Origin: a virus
Taxonomy: Duplodnaviria; Caudoviricetes
Reading direction: 5' to 3' (one strand)
Virus record (IMG/VR): IMGVR_UViG_3300016467_001112
Coordinates: 1 to 32,325 of that record
DNA: 32,325 bases
The notes below the pieces were generated by a model. That model saw only the letters and a program-made list of their open reading frames with translations. It was not told the origin of the DNA and searched no databases. A program made the position numbers and the translations under genes. Positions 1 through 8,466 of the stretch are shown piece by piece (the stretch's first letter is position 1; every line of letters begins with the position of its first letter).

Positions 1-26
1 CAACTCCAACCCCAACTCCAACTCCC
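1..26 (+). repeat. Hexamer repeat (CCAACT-like) encoding (TP)n
   Basis: caactccaaccccaactccaactccc read directly. Confidence 0.8.
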
Positions 27-83
27 GACTCGTTCAAATGTCCAGACGGGAGCGATCCGCCTTGTGGAGGCGGAATGGAATGA
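3..83 (+). CDS. 3' end of a Thr-Pro repeat protein (partial, runs off left edge)
   Basis: Frame 3 reads TPTPTPTPDSFKCPDGSDPPCGGGME* with TGA at 81-83; not in the ORF track because the start lies outside the window. Confidence 0.7.
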   Translation, partial: TPTPTPTPDSFKCPDGSDPPCGGGME

Positions 84-84
84 A

Positions 85-276
85 CTAATTGATTTTGATT
101 TTATCTTGGTGGTAAGGGTGTTGCGTTTCTTCCCATCCCAGGTACAAATTATCAATTTTGTGAACGTTCCAAAAAACAATTAAAGGCATTTTTGGTTTTG
201 GTAGAACTGTCCTTGTTCCCTCGGGCATGAAAGGCACCCTTCTTTTCTTTGATTTTTTTATATGAAAGTGTTTCAC
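85..276 (-). CDS. hypothetical protein, basic N-terminus
   Basis: 63-aa ORF with a 4-bp overlap with the upstream gene's stop; fills the gap to the convergent gene. Confidence 0.55.
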   Translation of the reverse strand: MKHFHIKKSKKRRVPFMPEGTRTVLPKPKMPLIVFWNVHKIDNLYLGWEETQHPYHQDKIKIN

Positions 277-1124
277 TTTTTTGACCGGAAGAGTCTTTTC
301 GGAATTTTTGTCTTTATTTCAGAAGTTACAATTTGCATCTTTGACTTTATTGTTCCGTCAAGGTTTGCATATCCTCCCTTCGCGTATGCGGAGGAAAGAA
401 CTTTGTATTTGTCGTCAAAAGAAAGCCCAGAATTATCCGTCCATTTTTTGAATGCGATCTTTGGTCCATGCTCGCCTATCCTTCTGTCTCTGTTTTCTCT
501 CTCCATTCTTTCTTCTTCACTGAAGGTCTCAAACCTTGTGAGGTTTTTTTGGGGCAGAATGATTATTTGTCCATAAGGCTCGCCTTGTCGGAAAATGTGA
601 ACCTCTCCCTCTCTTGGAGCCTTGAACACAACGAAGAATATCCTGGACCACCATCTTTGTATGTGTCCTGGAACGAGACACGGAACGGTGCCTGTCTGGT
701 CGGTGTAAAATCTGGGGTGTGGTTCTGTTCTGATGACATATCCTTCCGGCGGCTCAAAATCGTAAGTTCCGGACATCCCGTAGTGCCCATCGGCAAAGCA
801 CATCATGGGGGGAGTTTTTTTTCTTTCTTGGTCTCCCGTGACGTATTCTCCGCTCTCTCCTATCATCCATCCTTCGTCGGAAAAGTCTCCGTCGAAAACG
901 ACCCTTCCTCCGATTCTTCTCACCCTGCACTCACTCTTGTATGGGTATATAAGTTCGTTGCCGTAGGTGCTTCCTTCTACGAAAGGAGGGCAGTGCCAAG
1001 GCTGGGCTTCGGCTCCGTCGCCGTGTTGCTTGTCCTTCCCGGCCCAACCCGGAATCTGTAGCCTAACGGGCTGGGGTGCTGGCCTTCCGTCTATGGATCT
1101 GTATTTTACGATTAATTCTTCCAT
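273..1124 (-). CDS. hypothetical protein, possibly DUF6065/dUTPase-like beta fold
   Basis: Long ORF, start re-called at MEELIVK (ATG 1124) to avoid overlap with the divergent gene; HCPPF..G..YG and GEPYGQIIILP segments resemble dUTPase-fold phage proteins (weak). Confidence 0.6.
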   Translation of the reverse strand: MEELIVKYRSIDGRPAPQPVRLQIPGWAGKDKQHGDGAEAQPWHCPPFVEGSTYGNELIYPYKSECRVRRIGGRVVFDGDFSDEGWMIGESGEYVTGDQERKKTPPMMCFADGHYGMSGTYDFEPPEGYVIRTEPHPRFYTDQTGTVPCLVPGHIQRWWSRIFFVVFKAPREGEVHIFRQGEPYGQIIILPQKNLTRFETFSEEERMERENRDRRIGEHGPKIAFKKWTDNSGLSFDDKYKVLSSAYAKGGYANLDGTIKSKMQIVTSEIKTKIPKRLFRSKK

Positions 1125-1155
1125 TTTAGAGTACATATAATAACAAGGGGATTCA

Positions 1156-2139
1156 ATGTCTGTCAATCCTGGCAACTATCAGAACAAGAAACTAAACGAG
1201 TGCAATCCAATAAGTCCTGCGGAGACAGCACGTGGGGATTCAAAGGCTCCGCGCGGATGTCCGGGTCCCGAGGGGCTTGGAACCGGCTGGGTAGAAAGGC
1301 AGTCTCAATCCAAGGTTGGCGTGGGAAGAGAGGCGCAGTGTGACCCGATGCAGACTGGACAGATAGTCGAGGACATGAAGAGCCCCGACCGGGATGTGCT
1401 GTACAGGTATTCAAAAAGTTTGCGCGGATGTGATGAGGCCATGGTTGATTTGTTTTCAAACATAGTCGTCATAGATGAAGATGGAAAAGCACACAGGGTT
1501 CCTATCGTATGGGGAACGCAAGAGCGTGCGGTTGCATGGATACTGCAGGACAATGTCAGGAAGGACGGGAGCCTGGTAGTTGAGCGAATCAGATTGCCCA
1601 TGATGGCGATATATTCCTCGGGTATGGATTTCGACCAAACGCGCTACACCTATCACAGGGCGCTGGACTACATGAGGAGGCTGGACCCCGCGGGTCGGCC
1701 CGGACTCGCCTCCAAGGAGAAGTACGAAAGGGATACGGTTTTCGGTGTCGCGAGGGGCATTCCGGTTAACAAGACATATACCCTCACCGCATGGACGATG
1801 TACATGGAGGACATAGACCAAATTATAGAACAGATCGTTCTAAAATTTTCTCCAGTTGCATACATACGCGTTAGGGGAGTTAACTGGGAGACCTTGGTCA
1901 ACCTTGACTCCATTGCGAACAACGTTGACTATGAACCGGGCGACCAAAACCAGCGAATCATAAAATTCGAATTTAGTTTTACAGCCCGTACATATATACC
2001 ACAACCGATGGTTCGCAAGAAGTCGGTCCTCGGCACCAAAGTCGACTTGTACGATGGTGTTGAGGAGGAGAGGATCACGGAAGTGCTGGGAAGGTTAGAG
2101 GAAAGTATTGAAAAAATAGAAAGGCAACTTGATGATTGA
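1156..2139 (+). CDS. tail terminator / tail completion protein, T4 gp15-like
   Basis: VPIVWGTQER, RLPMMAI...FDQTR and P.....L..W....EDIDQIIEQI...F.P motifs typical of gp15; SD GGGGA; lies upstream of the sheath. Confidence 0.8.
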   Translation: MSVNPGNYQNKKLNECNPISPAETARGDSKAPRGCPGPEGLGTGWVERQSQSKVGVGREAQCDPMQTGQIVEDMKSPDRDVLYRYSKSLRGCDEAMVDLFSNIVVIDEDGKAHRVPIVWGTQERAVAWILQDNVRKDGSLVVERIRLPMMAIYSSGMDFDQTRYTYHRALDYMRRLDPAGRPGLASKEKYERDTVFGVARGIPVNKTYTLTAWTMYMEDIDQIIEQIVLKFSPVAYIRVRGVNWETLVNLDSIANNVDYEPGDQNQRIIKFEFSFTARTYIPQPMVRKKSVLGTKVDLYDGVEEERITEVLGRLEESIEKIERQLDD

Positions 2140-2356
2140 GATTAAGAACAAAACAAGGGGTCCCGTTCAGATACTTATCAGATCAAGGAAGTCTCCTAAA
2201 GCCTTCACGACACTAAATGTACCGGGAATAGGTGCTGGAAACAACATCTATATGCTGGAGGATGAGCGGAACACCGAATACGTAGATAGAGCAGAGAAGA
2301 TGGGTCTTATCTCGACTAGGCATCTAACAAAAAAAGAATTGAACAAGGGAGAATAA
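2129..2356 (+). CDS. small hypothetical protein in tail operon
   Basis: 75-aa ORF overlapping the gp15-like stop and ending 4 nt before the sheath start. Confidence 0.75.
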   Translation: MMIEIKNKTRGPVQILIRSRKSPKAFTTLNVPGIGAGNNIYMLEDERNTEYVDRAEKMGLISTRHLTKKELNKGE

Positions 2357-2360
2357 CGTC

Positions 2361-5096
2361 ATGGCAATCCTAAAGGGCTTTCCACCCTCGAACACAATTT
2401 CGCCTTCAGTCCGAATAACTGAAAAGGATCTGAGTTTCATCGCTCCGGATCAGTCTTTCCACAGGGCAGGCCTGGTGGGTTTTGCAAGCAAGGGACCAAT
2501 CAATGTCCCCACGCTTATTCAGTCCAGAAGGCAGCTTAACACTGTCTTCGGATATCCCCACCCCGAGGCGGGAGATCCCTATCTCATACATGCTGCCGAG
2601 CAGTATCTGCTTGTCGCGAGCGAATTGTATGTCGTTCGCGTAGCCGACACCGATGCCGTGAGCTGGGAGAGGGCGAGGACGGCACAAGCGGAGTTGCCTA
2701 GTGCCGGTGGAGCGGTTCTCCTGGTTTCGGGCCAAGCGGGCCCGTACAACCTGAACAAGGACATGTACTTCCGCTGGAGATTGAACAAGGTCTTGGCATC
2801 CAAGACTCTAGTGGCTCTTGCGGACATCAATCATCCTGATCCGATCGTCCAGTCACAGGGATACAGCGCTTCTCAGTTGGCCGACGATCTGAACATGCAG
2901 CTTGATCCGTCTGTTGACGGCATAGAATTCTTCGCAACTGACGAGTCCATAAGGTATGTGGAAGCGGAGGTTGTGACGACATCGGAAACCGATAACAGTG
3001 TCGTGTTCAACTTGGATAATGATGACTTGGTTGCCGGTTCTATAACGGGCAGGGTCGTCGTTGGCGGGGCTGTGGTTCAGACTTTCTCAGTAAACGACGA
3101 GGGAGTTTTCTCGTTCAGCAACGTAGTGAGTTCGGCAGTCAAGGCCGTGTCGGGATCTGTAAATCTTGCGGCAGGCACAATAACGATTGGATATAGCGGA
3201 AATCTTTCCGCGGGCGTAAACAGCATATCCGTGGACTATAACTACACCGCTTCTTACGGTGCGTCGAGAATAGGCGTAAGAACGACTTTCTCGTTCGGAC
3301 CTGACGCGAGCCTAGAGCTCGTGTCCGTGAAAGACGCACTTTATGGACCTGATACGGTTGGGGTTGGAAGCAACGTTCATGTCGGTCCGATAGGACTCGG
3401 AACGGGAATGGAAGTCGCCCAGTTCACTGGCGGTGTTGCAGGTCCGTTCGACTTCACTACGGTTTCGTCATACGACCTGCAGGTCGTTCTTGACGGAACG
3501 GATAGCGTGCTTGTGGACAATGTGGTCCAAACGCTTGATCTGTCGAGCTTCGCCAACAATCCGTCCGTGTCTGCGGCCGCTCTCAAGGCCGCAATAAACA
3601 GTCAGATTGCCGATGGCGATGTACCCGGCGGATTTGAAGCCGAGACTGTGGGCAACTTCTTGTCGCTCAGAACCCTTCATGTCGGAAATGACGCAAGGCT
3701 TCTAGTGAAGAACGAGAGTTCCGTGTTTGAACTCCTCGGGTTTGACACCCCACTTGTTGGCCCCAACGACCCCACGTCCGACACCGGTCCGTATGTGACC
3801 GCCGAGGGATATTCTCCCGATGGCGTGAGCGGAGCGGTTGGTGTTTCAACCTACGGCGTCGTCAGAGGCAACTCCAACAGGCTTGGAGACGTTTCTGTGA
3901 CTCTGACCGCGGATTCGGCGGGCATTGATGGAAACGCAACGCAGGTCGTGGTCAAGAACAACGTGAGGGAAGGAAACTTCATCCTCGAGGTATACAGCAA
4001 CGGCGTTCAGGTTGAATCGTGGGGCAATCTCACCAAGGACGAGGCAAGCAGATTTTACGTGGAGACGTTCCTGAGCCTTGTTTCCGATTATGTGAGAGCC
4101 CTTGACAACACGGCGAATCCCTCGCCGCCGCTCGACGGAACCTACCAGCTTTCTGGAGGAAGTGACGGGATACCGTCCGATCCGGATGATCAGGATTACT
4201 TCTTGATAGGAAATCTGCTCGGCTACACGGGAATTTACGCCCTGAGCGAGCCAGAGCAGATAGACATAGACCTCATAGCGGTTCCTGGACACAGTTCCAC
4301 CGGAGTTGTCCTCGCACTCATAGACATGTGCCAAAACCTCAGGATGGACTGCATGGCCATAGTGGATGCGCCGTTCGGACTGACAGTGAAGGAAATAATC
4401 CACTGGCAGAACGGGGCTCACCCGCTGAACACGACTCGTTTCGATTCGGACTTCGCCGCGCTCTACTGGCCGTGGGTCAAGATTCGCGACACCTTCAACA
4501 ATGTCGACGTGTGGGTTCCGCCGTCGGGATCGGTGATGGCCGTGTATGCAAGAAATGACGCTTTGGCGGCTCCTTGGTTTGCGCCCGCTGGCGTGACAAG
4601 AGGCATAGTGCCGGGGATAACGGATGTCTTCAGTCGTCCGACACTGGAGGAGAGGGATCTGATGTACGGCAACAGAAATGCGATCAATCCGATCGTGCAG
4701 TACGCGGATTTCCAGGACTTCGTTGTGTGGGGCCAGAAGACACTTCAGCGCAAGCCCACTGCCCTGGACAGGGTCAATGTGAGGAGGCTGATGTTCGTCA
4801 TAGAAAAGCGCATCCGCCAGGCTTCGAGAGCTCTGCTGTTCGAACCGCATGACGAGATATTCCGCGAGAAGTTCATAGACATCGCAACGAGGATTCTGCG
4901 AGAGGTCCAGATCGGAAGAGGACTCACGGCCTTCATAATCAAGGCTGACGAGGAACTCAACACGCCGGACGTCATAGACAGAAACGAATTCAGGGCCAGA
5001 ATCGGCGTTCAGCCGACAAGAGCCGTAGAGTTCATGTTCCTCGAGTTCAGCATCCACAGAACTGGGAGCTTCGAGGCGGGATCGGACACTTTCTGA
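2361..5096 (+). CDS. contractile tail sheath protein (gp18-like) with large internal insertion
   Basis: N-terminal SPSVRITEKDLS and GFASKGP; C-terminal AALYWPWV, VPPSG, PWFAPAG..RG, INPI, VVWGQKTL, RVNVRRL sheath motifs. Confidence 0.97.
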   Translation: MAILKGFPPSNTISPSVRITEKDLSFIAPDQSFHRAGLVGFASKGPINVPTLIQSRRQLNTVFGYPHPEAGDPYLIHAAEQYLLVASELYVVRVADTDAVSWERARTAQAELPSAGGAVLLVSGQAGPYNLNKDMYFRWRLNKVLASKTLVALADINHPDPIVQSQGYSASQLADDLNMQLDPSVDGIEFFATDESIRYVEAEVVTTSETDNSVVFNLDNDDLVAGSITGRVVVGGAVVQTFSVNDEGVFSFSNVVSSAVKAVSGSVNLAAGTITIGYSGNLSAGVNSISVDYNYTASYGASRIGVRTTFSFGPDASLELVSVKDALYGPDTVGVGSNVHVGPIGLGTGMEVAQFTGGVAGPFDFTTVSSYDLQVVLDGTDSVLVDNVVQTLDLSSFANNPSVSAAALKAAINSQIADGDVPGGFEAETVGNFLSLRTLHVGNDARLLVKNESSVFELLGFDTPLVGPNDPTSDTGPYVTAEGYSPDGVSGAVGVSTYGVVRGNSNRLGDVSVTLTADSAGIDGNATQVVVKNNVREGNFILEVYSNGVQVESWGNLTKDEASRFYVETFLSLVSDYVRALDNTANPSPPLDGTYQLSGGSDGIPSDPDDQDYFLIGNLLGYTGIYALSEPEQIDIDLIAVPGHSSTGVVLALIDMCQNLRMDCMAIVDAPFGLTVKEIIHWQNGAHPLNTTRFDSDFAALYWPWVKIRDTFNNVDVWVPPSGSVMAVYARNDALAAPWFAPAGVTRGIVPGITDVFSRPTLEERDLMYGNRNAINPIVQYADFQDFVVWGQKTLQRKPTALDRVNVRRLMFVIEKRIRQASRALLFEPHDEIFREKFIDIATRILREVQIGRGLTAFIIKADEELNTPDVIDRNEFRARIGVQPTRAVEFMFLEFSIHRTGSFEAGSDTF

Positions 5097-5131
5097 TACT
5101 AAGAGTTAGATAAAATAGGAGAAAACAAAAA

Positions 5132-5704
5132 ATGCCAATTCAAATGGGTTTGGGAGCCATAGGCGGGGCCAATGTCATCCACAAGAGAAAGTTCCGCTGG
5201 ACATTCGAAGTCCGGAGAGAGAACGGAGGCGGCAATGTCCCGGCCAGCTTTGTCAAGATGGCGGCTCGTCCCAACATCTCCATAGAAGAGACGGAAATCA
5301 ACTTCCTTAACGGAAAAACTTATATTCCTGGCAAGGGAACTTGGGAGACGATAACCATCACCTATTACGACGTTGCTGGAAGCGACAACATTCCTCTTTG
5401 GAGTTGGCTTGCCGATGTGTACAACTTTCTGCCGAGTGGTGACGGATCGCTTCCCCTCACGCAGAACTCCAAGAGGAGTTGCTACACGGGAACGGGAATA
5501 TGCAACATGTATGACGGTTGCGGAAACCCTCTTGAAACTTGGACTCTCAATGACTGCTGGCCGCAAGCGGTCAACTTCGGCGAACTTGATTACGGTTCTT
5601 CGGAAGAGGCCACTATAGAAGTGACCGTGAGGTACGCCAATGTGTCGTACAAGAACCTCTGCGGATCCAACCCCAGCGCCCAGTGCTGTGGTTGCAGCAC
5701 TTGA
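5132..5704 (+). CDS. tail tube protein 1 (gp19-like)
   Basis: Follows the sheath; RKFRW.FEV, RPNISIEE, YIPGK.TWETITIT, W.L..CWP..VNFGELDY.S.E...IEVT.RY; SD AGGAG. Confidence 0.92.
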   Translation: MPIQMGLGAIGGANVIHKRKFRWTFEVRRENGGGNVPASFVKMAARPNISIEETEINFLNGKTYIPGKGTWETITITYYDVAGSDNIPLWSWLADVYNFLPSGDGSLPLTQNSKRSCYTGTGICNMYDGCGNPLETWTLNDCWPQAVNFGELDYGSSEEATIEVTVRYANVSYKNLCGSNPSAQCCGCST

Positions 5705-5742
5705 TACTGATTTGGGTAACCGGCAAAGTTCGGAACCAAAAC

Positions 5743-5772
5743 AAAAAGGCCGGCGAAATCGCCGGCCTTTTT
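5743..5772 (+). terminator. Rho-independent terminator, potentially bidirectional
   Basis: AAAAA-GGCCGGCG-aaat-CGCCGGCC-TTTTT perfect hairpin after tube 1. Confidence 0.92.
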
Positions 5773-5807
5773 CATTTTATAGATACTAGATTTCAGAGGA
5801 GGGATAA

Positions 5808-6323
5808 ATGGGAAGGCAGATGGGTCTTGGAAAGATCGGAGGGGACGTGTGCATCATGCGCAAGTTCCGCTGGCTTTTTTTCATAGACGGCGTGTGCGAC
5901 GACGGAACCAACGCCCTGCCTCCGGACAAGGGAGCCAGGCCGAGCCTAAATTTCAAGGAGATAGAGGCTCAACACCTGAACGAGACCATATACTTCGCCG
6001 GAAAGCCAGACTGGAAGCCCGTAAACCTGACGCTTTTTGACCTAAAAATGAATAGCAATCCGATATTCAAATGGTTGAAGGAGCAGTACGAGCCATGCGA
6101 GGACAAGGGCGACTGGAAAGTCCCCTCGGCGGGGGCTTGGAAAAAGACGGGAAGGCTCAAGATGTACGACGGGTGCGGCAATGTAATAGAGGAATGGGTT
6201 TTTGCCAATATATGGCCGAACAACATAGAATGGGGCGACTTGGATATGTCAAATAGCGACTATGTTACAGTTGAACTCACCCTGAGATACGACAGAGCGT
6301 GGGCTGTAGACTGTTCTAATTAA
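5808..6323 (+). CDS. tail tube protein 2 / tube-like paralog
   Basis: Same tube motifs as tube 1 (RKFRW, RP.L.F.E, FAGKP.W, YDGCGN..E.W....WP....GDLD....ELTLRYD); SD GGAGG. Confidence 0.88.
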   Translation: MGRQMGLGKIGGDVCIMRKFRWLFFIDGVCDDGTNALPPDKGARPSLNFKEIEAQHLNETIYFAGKPDWKPVNLTLFDLKMNSNPIFKWLKEQYEPCEDKGDWKVPSAGAWKKTGRLKMYDGCGNVIEEWVFANIWPNNIEWGDLDMSNSDYVTVELTLRYDRAWAVDCSN

Positions 6324-6547
6324 TCCATATCGTTCTTGAGGAGTTCTCTCATTTCTGCGAGCTTGTCCTCTAATTGCTTTGATTTGAGTTTGAGTTTTCT
6401 GCAGGCGCCGCTTTTGTTCAACCGGCCCTTCTTTGTATAGACTCTTTTTTCGTCTTCTAGAAGAGCGGTTACTATTTCGCCGTATCCGTTTTCTATGAGT
6501 TTTTTTATTAGCTCTTGTCTTTCAAGGTATTCTATGCTGTTGCTCAT
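6320..6547 (-). CDS. small basic protein with possible HTH
   Basis: 75-aa ORF directly downstream of the sigma gene; LNKSGACRKLKLKSKQLEDKLAEMRELL has a helix-turn-helix-like pattern. Confidence 0.7.
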   Translation of the reverse strand: MSNSIEYLERQELIKKLIENGYGEIVTALLEDEKRVYTKKGRLNKSGACRKLKLKSKQLEDKLAEMRELLKNDMD

Positions 6548-6554
6548 TCTTAAA

Positions 6555-6582
6555 ATTATAGATTAATCTAATGGCAAATCAA
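6555..6582 (-). promoter_or_regulatory. sigma70-like promoter with overlapping palindrome
   Basis: Minus strand TTGATT-N16-TATAAT, 7 nt before ATG 6547; 12-bp palindrome TAGATTAATCTA at 6559-6570. Confidence 0.55.
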
Positions 6583-6589
6583 TATCATA

Positions 6590-7120
6590 TTACTGATTTT
6601 TTTCAAACATGGGCTTGCCGTTCTTGAAGGAAGAGTTGCCCTCCAAGAATTGCATGTGATTAAGATACTTTTTCTTTAGTTCATTGTAGTTTCTTGCCGT
6701 TCTGTAGAGCTGTCTGAAGTGGTTTAGTATGCACGTCGTCATGTAGTTGAAAGCTTTGCCTTTTCTAGAATCGAATCTGTCTATCTTGTCAAAGCATATC
6801 ATGACGCCTTCCTGCACGGCGTCGTCCGCGTCTATCAACTGGAATTTTGCGTACCTCACTATGTTTTCGGACAGCGTGAAAAAAGCTGATGCGAGTGTCT
6901 GCTTGCATCCTTCGTGCTCTTGAATGGCTCCTTTTAGGCTCTCTTCCTTGGTCTTCAATGCACTTCTGTTTTCGGAAGAGTCCACCTTTCTCGCTCTCTT
7001 CCTCGAGATGGTGTCCCTTATCTCTTCGGAAATCAAATTCAATCTGTTTATGTCTTTTTTAGAAGATTGAAATTGGTTTATCATCTTTTCAAATATCTTG
7101 TTATTTAGATACTCGTTCAT
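6590..7120 (-). CDS. phage RNA polymerase sigma factor, T4 gp55-like (region 2 only)
   Basis: DDAVQEGVMICFDKIDRFDSRKGKAFNYMTTCILNHF matches the sigma region 2/gp55 pattern; 176 aa with no region 4. Confidence 0.85.
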   Translation of the reverse strand: MNEYLNNKIFEKMINQFQSSKKDINRLNLISEEIRDTISRKRARKVDSSENRSALKTKEESLKGAIQEHEGCKQTLASAFFTLSENIVRYAKFQLIDADDAVQEGVMICFDKIDRFDSRKGKAFNYMTTCILNHFRQLYRTARNYNELKKKYLNHMQFLEGNSSFKNGKPMFEKNQ

Positions 7121-8000
7121 TTTTTCCTTGTGTAATTTTCCATTCCTCTATGCGATGCCTGGCTTCGTTCATGGCTTCTTTTATCCATGATTCGGCCTTG
7201 TCGTAATAGGCTTTAGAATAAAGCATGCCCAGGCTCATGCTTCTGCAGTGGTCTATATTGTCATCGGTGTTTCTTTGGAAGTTATTCTCGGATCCTATGA
7301 TCTTTGTCCTAATCCCGTGCTGTCTCAATATCATGTTGCCGAGTATCTCTGTATCGGGCCAGTTCGGCCTTTCGGGAGAGGGTTCATGGCTTTCTAGGCC
7401 GTACATCGAGGCGAGGCGCCGCATGCTCCATCCGAAGCCTATTATATCTAGTGTTCTGACATGATACATGCTTGCCGTGTGGGAGATCATGCCTTTCCAG
7501 TCGTCGTGGGATCTCGGACTCATTTCGTATCCCACCACTGGGAATTTGCCCTCTCCTTGGCCACAAAGTGAGAGCAAATCCTCCAAAAAATCTCTTCTTC
7601 TGATGAAGACGTCAGAGTGCGTGGCAAACATGTATTCGGTTCTGCAGAGGCTCTGTGCTAGGTCCATGGCCATGCAAACGGAGTCGGAAGGGTGTAGACT
7701 TCCGTTGAGCCTTATGCAGTGAACCTCCAGATCGGAGTCGTGCATGGACATGATTTTGTCCAGATTATCTTTTTCGCTTCCGGTGTCTATTACAACAATA
7801 TAGGGGCGAACGGTCTGAAGCCTCAGTGTTTCCACGCAAATAGAAAGAGGCTCCACGGTGTCTATAACGGGTATTACGGCTGTAATTTCGTAATCCCACG
7901 GCTTTTTGGGGCAATTGCCCTTCCAAGGCTCGCTATTTACATCTGCATTTCTTAAAGGAGCCAGGGTATGAGACGGCATAAAAAGAAGTCCTAAAGCCAT
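7101..8000 (-). CDS. GT-A / GT2-family glycosyltransferase
   Basis: ITAVIPV, IVVIDTGS, TEYMFATHSDV (variant DxD), later DT motif. Confidence 0.8.
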   Translation of the reverse strand: MALGLLFMPSHTLAPLRNADVNSEPWKGNCPKKPWDYEITAVIPVIDTVEPLSICVETLRLQTVRPYIVVIDTGSEKDNLDKIMSMHDSDLEVHCIRLNGSLHPSDSVCMAMDLAQSLCRTEYMFATHSDVFIRRRDFLEDLLSLCGQGEGKFPVVGYEMSPRSHDDWKGMISHTASMYHVRTLDIIGFGWSMRRLASMYGLESHEPSPERPNWPDTEILGNMILRQHGIRTKIIGSENNFQRNTDDNIDHCRSMSLGMLYSKAYYDKAESWIKEAMNEARHRIEEWKITQGKNERVSK

Positions 8001-8047
8001 TATGGCACACTATATTAGTTATGGATGGTAAATTTGCAGGAGGAAAC

Positions 8048-8278
8048 ATGGAAAACAAGCCTGAATACAGGTATACAAAGATAACGGTTGATGGAAGATG
8101 CCTTGATCTTTTGCTGACAGAGGACGAGATTGCGACTTGTTTTGAACGATGTCTGGTTGAATCAAATCAAAAATTCATCGACAAGGCAGAATGTTGCGAA
8201 TGCTGGCCTGCGGCACAACCGCCAGACTGTCCTTTCTGGCGGAAGATTCTCGGGGCTTGCAGAGAATGCGACCAGTAG
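8048..8278 (+). CDS. small Cys-rich hypothetical protein
   Basis: ATG 8048 preceded by GGAGGA; CCECW, CPFW and CREC motifs. Confidence 0.65.
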   Translation: MENKPEYRYTKITVDGRCLDLLLTEDEIATCFERCLVESNQKFIDKAECCECWPAAQPPDCPFWRKILGACRECDQ

Positions 8279-8466
8279 ACGACTGTCTGGCCTCCTTGCT
8301 TTCTATAGCGGAAAACCCTTTTGCGGAAGGGGGGTACCGCAGGCTAGAAAAGTGCTACAAATTAAGCGGGATGCACGAGGAGGCGGATGCAGTGAAATTT
8401 CTGATCGAGGCAAAATTCGGTGCCGACAGTTCAAATATTATTGAGAAACAACAAGGACACGATTGA
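8266..8466 (+). CDS. small hypothetical helical protein
   Basis: MRPVDDCL... bridges its two neighbours with short overlaps. Confidence 0.6.
   Translation: MRPVDDCLASLLSIAENPFAEGGYRRLEKCYKLSGMHEEADAVKFLIEAKFGADSSNIIEKQQGHD

Noticed and set aside
3846-5057. 403-aa antisense ORF, and similar shadow ORFs (468-1061, 18257-18886, 22065-22706, 30425-31159 etc.)
   Set aside because: They lie opposite well-supported genes, have no recognisable motifs, and are expected from codon bias on the coding strand
1156-6323. Extracellular contractile injection system (Afp/PVC-like), given a sheath plus two tubes
   Set aside because: Embedded among gp55-like sigma, gp46/47, UvsW, RNR and dUTPase genes, which is a phage genome context
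8001-8020. TATATT/AATATA at the GT2 divergent junction as another TANATA promoter
   Set aside because: One mismatch and inconsistent spacing; not counted as evidence
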